From the IMG/VR virus record IMGVR_UViG_3300017698_000036, positions 64,001 to 128,000 of that record: a stretch of DNA of 64,000 bases; one strand, given 5' to 3'. Position 1 is the first letter of the stretch; every line of letters starts with the position of its first letter. Shown piece after piece: positions 57,789-64,000 of the stretch. Position numbers and translations under genes: made by a program. The stretch comes from a virus. The notes under the pieces were generated by a model. The model was not told the DNA's origin, made no database searches, and worked only from the letters and a program-made list of their open reading frames with translations.

Positions 57789-58664
57789 ATGAGTAAAAAG
57801 AGTTTTAAAAGTTTCCTTAAAGATATCGTTGAACCTTACATGAAAGATAGAGGTCTTGCAAAAGGAAAGGTGGTTAAACTTGATTATGCGTTTGACGTCT
57901 TCAATGAGAAAGATCCGGATAAGTATGAGAATGTTCAGGGAGTCGTTGACAAACTGGCCAACCATGGTAACGTTATGAATTACATGTTCATCACGGATAT
58001 TGATTTAGAGCCACTAGAGAAGAAGTACGATGGCGGTTTGGAGAAAGAGTACTCAAGACTTGTTGATGAGACGACACTCCACGCCCAGGAGGAGTTCAAT
58101 CTCAGTATCTTCAAGACTGTGGTAATGGGTAAATTCTTTAAATATGTTAAAGAGTTGTCTGAGGACGACGAAGAGATGGGTAGGGTCTTCAACGATAACA
58201 TTATCGACAAACCCATCGACCTGTATCACTATAATGTCATTCTTCCTGAGAAAGACAAAGTGACATGTAACCCCAAATATACCAACATGTTTGACATTGT
58301 CAAACATGGTACCAGGGAATATGCGTCCATCGCCAAGACTATGCTTCTCAAAGAGGCTGGCAACTCATTTAGGTACAATTTTGATCTGGTCGATATTCAA
58401 CAATGGGCCAGAGACAATGGTATCGATGTGTCCAAATATAAACTTATCGATGGTACCAAAGAGGACCTCATAAGTCGTATTGAACACAGAAACAATGATA
58501 CCTTCAAGGGTGTTGAGTTGGAACACTTAAAACCACTGGCTCACAATGCGAAGTATCAACGTAATGGTCTTATCGATCAGAAAACCGTTAAAGGCGTGAA
58601 TGAAGACGCTAAAGACGGTGGTGCGAGGGTTCGTGTTAACGTTAAGGTTGATATCGTAGGGTAG
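57789..58664 (+). CDS. hypothetical protein, paralog B
   Basis: Shares the blocks listed for paralog A. Confidence 0.7.
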   Translation: MSKKSFKSFLKDIVEPYMKDRGLAKGKVVKLDYAFDVFNEKDPDKYENVQGVVDKLANHGNVMNYMFITDIDLEPLEKKYDGGLEKEYSRLVDETTLHAQEEFNLSIFKTVVMGKFFKYVKELSEDDEEMGRVFNDNIIDKPIDLYHYNVILPEKDKVTCNPKYTNMFDIVKHGTREYASIAKTMLLKEAGNSFRYNFDLVDIQQWARDNGIDVSKYKLIDGTKEDLISRIEHRNNDTFKGVELEHLKPLAHNAKYQRNGLIDQKTVKGVNEDAKDGGARVRVNVKVDIVG

Positions 58665-58669
58665 AGCGA

Positions 58670-58690
58670 ATGGGGGGTTTGTCCCCCCAT
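58670..58690 (+). terminator. hairpin after paralog pair
   Basis: ATGGGGGG-tttgt-CCCCCCAT; weak U tract. Confidence 0.5.
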
Positions 58691-58713
58691 AATTCTATCA
58701 AAGGAGTGATGTT

Positions 58714-58902
58714 ATGATTATATTTATAACATTGTTGGTTTTGTCTTTAGTGGCGATTGGTATGCAGTATCTTAAACGATATATAAATAATGTAAGATAC
58801 TATATGATTGCCGATTTGGTTGACGATGTAGTGTCCTGTTATATCGTAATCATCGTCTTCTTCTCTCTGTATGAACTAGTCCCACTATTCATTTTAAATT
58901 AA
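58714..58902 (+). CDS. small two-TM membrane protein
   Basis: Two hydrophobic helices; SD AAGGAG. Confidence 0.55.
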   Translation: MIIFITLLVLSLVAIGMQYLKRYINNVRYYMIADLVDDVVSCYIVIIVFFSLYELVPLFILN

Positions 58903-58904
58903 AC

Positions 58905-59321
58905 GTGTTACAAGTTAATATAGAGGTGAATTACGATTCGGCCGACTTAGAGTATTATGCTGATCGAGAATTGTGTCAGACGATCATATCAGAGGTGGTC
59001 AATGATTTCAAACTAGATCGAACCGTTACATTTTATGAGTTAAATCCCAATGAAGAACATGGAATATCATTACGTAAGAATGAACAGTTGTTAGGCTTGT
59101 ATATATCATATTGTTGGATTGATAGGATTAAAGTCTTAAAAGAGTCCGAAGGTTATAACATAAACACTTTACTTCACGAATTGGCTCACATGTTACAGTA
59201 TCAACATTACTGTGATGAGAGTGTGGGAACAAGTGCACACGGTTACTATTTCACATTGGCCAAGAGAAGAATTCAAACTTGGTATAAACGAAACTATGGT
59301 GAATCTATAAGGGTTAGGTAG
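58905..59321 (+). CDS. SprT-like zinc metallopeptidase
   Basis: LLGLY, TLLHELAHMLQY, AHG..F; GTG start. Confidence 0.7.
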   Translation: MLQVNIEVNYDSADLEYYADRELCQTIISEVVNDFKLDRTVTFYELNPNEEHGISLRKNEQLLGLYISYCWIDRIKVLKESEGYNINTLLHELAHMLQYQHYCDESVGTSAHGYYFTLAKRRIQTWYKRNYGESIRVR

Positions 59322-59322
59322 T

Positions 59323-59748
59323 ATGGATATAAAGAGTAGAAAATTAAATAACAAAAATAGGAATTATTTTAAGGTATATTTCATAGTAAATAAAAGATAC
59401 AACCTGGTATGGCATGTTCGTCATGTAGAACGTTATGTGTCTGGATTTCGCAAGGGTCAAATTAAACTGAGAAAAGACATGATAAGTCTCACTAGAAACC
59501 AAGCTCAGGGGAAATTAAACCGTCTCTATTGGCGTAGTGATGATGAGCAGACATATGAAGTAGGAATCAATCAAAAAGAGTTAGAGACTTACTACGGAGG
59601 TAAAACAGATTGTGATATAAAACTCAACCCTGATTCAATAAACAGTTACAAGGTCACAGTATACCTTTCAGATTTAGAGATAGTAGAGCACTCTGTCGAC
59701 GTTACACAGTTGATTGAAAAAGATTCTGAAATGTTTTCCTTATTTTAA
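59323..59748 (+). CDS. hypothetical protein ending in MFSLF
   Basis: 141 aa; C-terminal motif; a promoter follows the stop immediately. Confidence 0.55.
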   Translation: MDIKSRKLNNKNRNYFKVYFIVNKRYNLVWHVRHVERYVSGFRKGQIKLRKDMISLTRNQAQGKLNRLYWRSDDEQTYEVGINQKELETYYGGKTDCDIKLNPDSINSYKVTVYLSDLEIVEHSVDVTQLIEKDSEMFSLF

Positions 59749-59753
59749 AACTC

Positions 59754-59782
59754 TTGACAAGAGATTCAGTTTGAGGTATAAC
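59754..59782 (+). promoter_or_regulatory. sigma70-type promoter upstream of LRR copy 8
   Basis: TTGACA-N17-TATAAC, then TAAATAAGAAAGGA. Confidence 0.8.
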
Positions 59783-59806
59783 TAAATAAGAAAGGATAAT
59801 TTCATT

Positions 59807-60097
59807 ATGTTAGTACCAACCAAGCATATATTCGATGAGTGTAGAGTTTATCCATGGGATGTATTGGAATGGATTGAAGAAGGTCAAACTGACTATATCG
59901 GTAGTTTAACTCTCAGAAATACCAATATAACCCATTTACCCAATAACATGACGGTCGATGGTTGGTTAGATCTCAGGGGTACCAACATGGTTCAACTGCC
60001 CGATTATCTATATGTTGGTGGCGGTTTGTTTCTCGGTGGTACAAATATAATTAACATACCAGAAAGTGTATTTGTTGGTGGAGAGATATTCAGATGA
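59807..60097 (+). CDS. 20-aa LRR family protein, copy 8
   Basis: MLVPTKHIFDECRVYPWD; ends VGGEIFR with ATGA. Confidence 0.8.
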   Translation: MLVPTKHIFDECRVYPWDVLEWIEEGQTDYIGSLTLRNTNITHLPNNMTVDGWLDLRGTNMVQLPDYLYVGGGLFLGGTNIINIPESVFVGGEIFR

Positions 60098-60363
60098 CTT
60101 ATAGCAGGGTAAAAACCTACATACTCATACTATTCGGTAAACCTACATTTGAAAATCCGGATGAAGAAGGTGTAGAGTGTTACGAGTATATAATAGATAG
60201 ACATATTAGGTTGTTCTTCTTCTTCGATCCAGATGACGTTAAATATTTATTACTTTCATCTTCTAGTGGATTCACGGAAGGTGTTGTGCGTGGTGAAGAG
60301 GACGTTAGGAGGGTGTTTGAATTACTCAAGGAGACACGTAAGGAGTATGAGACGTATGAGTAG
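60094..60363 (+). CDS. hypothetical protein
   Basis: ATGA-coupled to LRR copy 8; 89 aa. Confidence 0.5.
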   Translation: MTYSRVKTYILILFGKPTFENPDEEGVECYEYIIDRHIRLFFFFDPDDVKYLLLSSSSGFTEGVVRGEEDVRRVFELLKETRKEYETYE

Positions 60364-60652
60364 ACTGTTGGTTGTGTTATTAATTGTTTTTATGGGATGT
60401 GACGACGGTAGTGTGAATGATGGTAAACAGACCAACAACACTACGATGGAGTCCGTCTGTGGAAATGGTATATTCGAGGGTCGTGAGGGTTATGAGATGG
60501 ACGATGATGGTAACATAATATCGTACTATGGTAGTCCTGTAACCTGTGAAGATTTTGCATTTGATGGTGGGACATTAATATTGAGTGATGACTGTAGGGT
60601 TGACTTTACGGATTGTATATGTTTACCCGACAATCCTTACTGTAATGAATAA
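60356..60652 (+). CDS. lipoprotein with cysteine-rich CGNG repeat
   Basis: MSRLLVVLLIVFMG-C lipobox; VCGNGIFEG.E...TCEDFAFDGGTL...DC..DFTDC. Confidence 0.7.
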   Translation: MSRLLVVLLIVFMGCDDGSVNDGKQTNNTTMESVCGNGIFEGREGYEMDDDGNIISYYGSPVTCEDFAFDGGTLILSDDCRVDFTDCICLPDNPYCNE

Positions 60653-60669
60653 CGAAGGGAGATGGATAT

Positions 60670-60909
60670 ATGGTTGTAACTAAAGTACTTAAGGGCTCTA
60701 CGGTGGAACTCCTCGAAACGGCCCTCAATGATTGGTTATTAAAGTATGAAGGTATATATCACGATAATAATGTAGAGATAGTTATTACGGGTGATAGTGA
60801 CACTAATGGTTGGACTGCACTGATCAAACTACAAAAGATAGACAAAACGGTAGTGGTGAAGAATGCATACGATGCAGGTACCAGGACCGACGGATTCAGG
60901 TTCAGTTAG
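60670..60909 (+). CDS. hypothetical protein
   Basis: SD AAGGGAG; 79 aa. Confidence 0.5.
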   Translation: MVVTKVLKGSTVELLETALNDWLLKYEGIYHDNNVEIVITGDSDTNGWTALIKLQKIDKTVVVKNAYDAGTRTDGFRFS

Positions 60910-60918
60910 GAGTTTATT

Positions 60919-61119
60919 ATGGAAGGAACATATGATGGAAAAGTAACCTATCGTGACAAGGATGATATTTCTCTCTTTCTTCGGCATTGGGAGGGAGTTG
61001 ATACGGTAAGTTGGACGGCCGACGGCAAGGTTAGAATTGTGGTAGATTCATCAATGACTTCTACCGATAAGGCCCTGTGGCAAAAACGTCAATATTTTGC
61101 AAATAATCAGTTGTTTTAG
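60919..61119 (+). CDS. hypothetical protein ending in NNQLF
   Basis: SD AGGAG; C-terminal motif. Confidence 0.55.
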   Translation: MEGTYDGKVTYRDKDDISLFLRHWEGVDTVSWTADGKVRIVVDSSMTSTDKALWQKRQYFANNQLF

Positions 61120-61149
61120 TTGTGATTAAATAAAAAGATAAAAAAACAC

Positions 61150-61178
61150 TTGACTGATGTAAAGTTTATCACTATATT
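61150..61178 (+). promoter_or_regulatory. sigma70-type promoter
   Basis: TTGACT-N17-TATATT. Confidence 0.6.
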
Positions 61179-61228
61179 AAAGGTATGGGAATAAACCCAT
61201 ACTAACTTAGAATGGAAAGAGAGTTAAA

Positions 61229-61390
61229 ATGTCCAAGACTTACAGAAAACAAATTGGTAACAAGAAAATCAAAAGACAAGATAATAAAAAAGGTAGAAGA
61301 CATAATGTGAAACAGAAACTTCACGATCTTGTCAACAGTGGAGAATGTACCAACTGTGATTTTGAAATTCCAGAAACTTGGGAAGGGTAA
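61229..61390 (+). CDS. small basic protein (53 aa, absent from ORF track)
   Basis: MSKTYRKQIGNKKIKRQDNKKGRRHNVKQKLHDLVNSGECTNCDFEIPETWEG. Confidence 0.5.
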   Translation: MSKTYRKQIGNKKIKRQDNKKGRRHNVKQKLHDLVNSGECTNCDFEIPETWEG

Positions 61391-61395
61391 CTAAA

Positions 61396-61659
61396 ATGAC
61401 CAAAGTTAAAACAGGACCTAATATTTTCTCTCAAATGGAATATGGTTTGGACTCTCCATCTGCTTTAAAAAGAAAGATTGACACATTGGCAGGTACCTTG
61501 GTCGAGAAAATGAACGAGGAGTTGGATACTGATAAGTTCAAAGATATGAACTCCGACATGTTGCGACTTGTTAAAGAGGAGTTGGAGAAGGATATCAAAA
61601 AGGCTATTGATAGTGCTTTTAGTGAGTACATGAAAACTAAAAGTCATTCATTGTTTTAA
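61396..61659 (+). CDS. hypothetical protein ending in KSHSLF
   Basis: ATG 61396; helical; C-terminal motif. Confidence 0.55.
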   Translation: MTKVKTGPNIFSQMEYGLDSPSALKRKIDTLAGTLVEKMNEELDTDKFKDMNSDMLRLVKEELEKDIKKAIDSAFSEYMKTKSHSLF

Positions 61660-61706
61660 GATATAAACTGACAACGGGATAATTATTATAACAGGAGACA
61701 GAAAAT

Positions 61707-61865
61707 ATGTCAGATTTTTTATATGAAATGGAAATTATAGATAAGAATGGTAATAAGATCTTACTTAAAACCAATGATAGAACAGAGTATCAACAGTGGT
61801 TAAAAGAGTACAAATCTTCACCATCACCTCAAAAAGAATCTAGAAAGGTTCTTCTCAAAGGTTAA
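61707..61865 (+). CDS. small protein (52 aa, absent from ORF track) ending ESRKVLLKG
   Basis: SD AGGAG, 9 nt upstream of the ATG; GGATAATTA upstream. Confidence 0.55.
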   Translation: MSDFLYEMEIIDKNGNKILLKTNDRTEYQQWLKEYKSSPSPQKESRKVLLKG

Positions 61866-61874
61866 TAAGTTCAA

Positions 61875-62138
61875 TTGTTGGTCCCGCCTGTCTTTATTAC
61901 AAATCTTAAAAATATCAAAAATGTGGATGTTTGGAAACGTGAACTCGTAGAACAGTTCAAGTATTTGTTAATGACTGAAGATGGTACCATACTCGTTACT
62001 GAATTGTTGAAAGAGTTGAGTTTAACGGGTGTGGATGTGGAAGAGATAGTTGAAATGATGTACAGTAAGGTTAACGATGGTAGGTACTCTCTGTTCTCCG
62101 AAGAGTATGTTGTAGAACTAGGAGAGGAAAGGTTTTAG
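61875..62138 (+). CDS. hypothetical protein with NDGRYSLFS motif
   Basis: Motif at 62073-62099; start uncertain. Confidence 0.45.
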   Translation: MLVPPVFITNLKNIKNVDVWKRELVEQFKYLLMTEDGTILVTELLKELSLTGVDVEEIVEMMYSKVNDGRYSLFSEEYVVELGEERF

Positions 62139-62143
62139 TTCAT

Positions 62144-62452
62144 ATGTATTTCAGTGTAGCAAAACAGTTTTCAATTTTTCCAGGAGCTAGATATAGAAAG
62201 ACTTCCAATTGGAGCGCGCAAGAGTTATATGAAGATCATCTTGAAGTAATGTTAAAACAGTCTGTTAAGTATAGTATCAAACTGCACTTTGACCTAGATG
62301 GTACCTGTGGATATGGTGTTAGTTTTTTACACCAACTGGCATTCCTGATAAAAACAAATATACCGGAATCAATTCCATTTATAAGGTTTATATCAAAAGA
62401 AGAACCATATTTGGTGGAAGAATTCATGGGATATATCGACTCAATTTATTAA
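62144..62452 (+). CDS. DUF4325/STAS-like small protein
   Basis: VAKQFS.FPGARY......SA.E.....L.......DLDGT.GYG.SFL pattern. Confidence 0.55.
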   Translation: MYFSVAKQFSIFPGARYRKTSNWSAQELYEDHLEVMLKQSVKYSIKLHFDLDGTCGYGVSFLHQLAFLIKTNIPESIPFIRFISKEEPYLVEEFMGYIDSIY

Positions 62453-62516
62453 ATTAATCCTTGACAACTGAATAAAAATGGGGTATAACTAAGTAAGAAA
62501 GGACAGATTTATAATG
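62449..62516 (+). promoter_or_regulatory. promoter+RBS module repeated at 32250-32317
   Basis: TTGACA (62461) N17 TATAAC. Confidence 0.9.
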
Positions 62517-62810
62517 TTAGTAACGACCAAACATATATTCGATGATTGTATACCTAGAGTCTATCCGTGGGACGTATTTGATTGGATTGAAGAGGGTCAA
62601 ACTGAGTTCTATGGTAACTTAAGTTTTCACGAAAGTAGTATAACCCACCTACCCAACAATATGAAGGTTGAAGGTTGGTTAGATCTCACTAATACCAATA
62701 TAACTAAATTACCCGACAATCTGTACGTTGGCGGTAATTTATATATCGAAAGAACCAACATAACTAATTTACCCAACGATCTAAGACTTGTTGGGGGGGT
62801 AATAAGATGA
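62514..62810 (+). CDS. 20-aa LRR family protein, copy 9
   Basis: MLVTTKHIFDDCIPRVYPWD; ends VGGVIR with ATGA. Confidence 0.8.
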   Translation: MLVTTKHIFDDCIPRVYPWDVFDWIEEGQTEFYGNLSFHESSITHLPNNMKVEGWLDLTNTNITKLPDNLYVGGNLYIERTNITNLPNDLRLVGGVIR

Positions 62811-63148
62811 AAAAGATTGAAATCAAGGTAGGTCCATATCGTTACGGGCCCTTTGAGGTTTATTATAATAACATATCTAAATCATGCCGAGTCATTCCGA
62901 TCGTTGCTAATAGTGCTCCGGCTGCAGACAGTGTCAGTTGTTTTTGTGATATGTTACATAATGAATATTCTAAAACAAATCCTCTGGTGGCCACCCAGTC
63001 ATGGGCCGCGGCATGGTGTGAGTTGGAAATGATAGAAATTCGCGATGATATACATGTAGGTTACCATCCAGAGCGGGAAGAGTATACATTTTACCCATTA
63101 GACCCAAAGAATGATGGAAGATTTTCTCTATTTTCAGAGTTTTATTAA
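62807..63148 (+). CDS. hypothetical protein with NDGRFSLFS tail
   Basis: ATGA-coupled to LRR copy 9; a promoter follows the stop. Confidence 0.6.
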   Translation: MKKIEIKVGPYRYGPFEVYYNNISKSCRVIPIVANSAPAADSVSCFCDMLHNEYSKTNPLVATQSWAAAWCELEMIEIRDDIHVGYHPEREEYTFYPLDPKNDGRFSLFSEFY

Positions 63149-63155
63149 AAAACAC

Positions 63156-63184
63156 TTGACATGTGATAAAATGTGTGGTATATT
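63156..63184 (+). promoter_or_regulatory. sigma70-type promoter
   Basis: TTGACA-N17-TATATT with TG extension. Confidence 0.75.
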
Positions 63185-63243
63185 AATATTAAGTAAGTTG
63201 ATAAAAGATACAATATCCATTAACGAAAGAATTGGAGCTTATA

Positions 63244-64000
63244 ATGACAGAAAAGAACGAAGAAACAAAAGATCTTACTGAACAAGAAGCCAAGGATATG
63301 ATAGAAGATGCTATCAAGGAACAGATCAAGGCTATGAAGGAAAAGGAGAAAAAATATCCTCCCGTAGATTGGGATACTGTCTTTTCTACTACCTTCACAG
63401 ATGATGAGCACCTCTTTGATTATATTCTAGGACAGTTTAGAGTTGTTAAGTCGACCCAAGTACCCATTGCCGGTGTTACATACAGTCCTAGTTTGGAGAA
63501 GTTTGTATTACTTTATAACGATGTTAACATGAGAGAGATTCTCAAAGAAACTGGTAAGAGTAAGATTCGTGGCATTATTAAACATGAGATCTATCATGTC
63601 ATGTTGGGTCATCTGTCTGATCGTAGACCAAAGAATACTAAGTTTGCCAAGATTTGGAACTACGCCACTGACTTGGCCATTAATACCAATATCCCATCAG
63701 ATCAACTACCTGAGTTTTGTCTATTACCGGGAAAGGAACCATTTCAGGAATTCAAATCCAACCAAACGGCCGAATACTATTTTCGTAAGATTATTGATGT
63801 CTACGGTGATATGTCCGAGGAAGAGTTGGAACAGATGCAATGTGGTGAAGGAGACGGGTTAATGCCTGGTAATCTCAAAGAGGCCACAATGGGCCATGAT
63901 CAGTGGGAAAAGATGAACGGTGAGGGTAGTAATTTAACAGATGAAGAAAAGGCCTTCATGAGACAGCAGGCCGCACAGGCAGGTAAGGAACTGGTTGAGG
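63244..64000 (+). CDS. 3'-truncated DUF2201-type HExxH metallopeptidase-like protein (usually fused to vWA)
   Basis: PIAGV, L.YN, IIKHEIYHVMLGH, WNYATDLAIN, TAEYY, HDQW; open to the window end. Confidence 0.75.
   Translation, partial: MTEKNEETKDLTEQEAKDMIEDAIKEQIKAMKEKEKKYPPVDWDTVFSTTFTDDEHLFDYILGQFRVVKSTQVPIAGVTYSPSLEKFVLLYNDVNMREILKETGKSKIRGIIKHEIYHVMLGHLSDRRPKNTKFAKIWNYATDLAINTNIPSDQLPEFCLLPGKEPFQEFKSNQTAEYYFRKIIDVYGDMSEEELEQMQCGEGDGLMPGNLKEATMGHDQWEKMNGEGSNLTDEEKAFMRQQAAQAGKELVE

Noticed and set aside
804-63411. All minus-strand ORFs in the track, and short alternate-frame plus-strand ORFs
   Set aside because: They lie antisense to or inside well-supported genes, lack SD sites and recognisable motifs, and all promoters found point in the + direction.
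1-64000. Stop-codon reassignment (alternative genetic code)
   Set aside because: Large conserved genes (sheath, nrdJ, dnaE, groEL) are intact in code 11, and TAA, TAG and TGA all occur at natural gene ends.

Overview
This window is a 64-kb segment of a large, AT-rich myovirus (probably jumbo-phage) genome. It uses the standard genetic code and every credible gene is on the + strand. 1-17.5 kb is a T4-like neck/tail module: neck, tail terminator, 1080-aa sheath, a free-standing HNH, tube, a tail chaperone pair linked by a probable +1 frameshift, tape measure and baseplate. Replication and nucleotide-metabolism genes follow: minimal PolA-like protein, gp32-like SSB, RecA, 5'-3' exonuclease, DnaB with a mini-intein, class II RNR, ThyX, DnaE, HU, dUTPase and a GuaB/GuaC-like enzyme. 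The window also carries a protein-folding/protease set (HslV-like, ClpP, GroEL-like, Hsp20). The most unusual signal is in the accessory regions. (i) Nine dispersed paralogs share a 20-aa leucine-rich repeat; seven share an N-terminal HIFD[ED]..YPWD module, most sit behind near-consensus sigma70 promoters, and six end in an ATGA stop/start overlap. (ii) About 15 small, mostly unrelated proteins end in a shared short motif, [ND]DG[KR]xSLFS or x[QS]LF-stop. Together these form repeated promoter-LRR-passenger-tagged-gene cassettes. No tRNA, rRNA, CRISPR array or reverse transcriptase was seen. All product names come from motif recognition by eye, not database searches.
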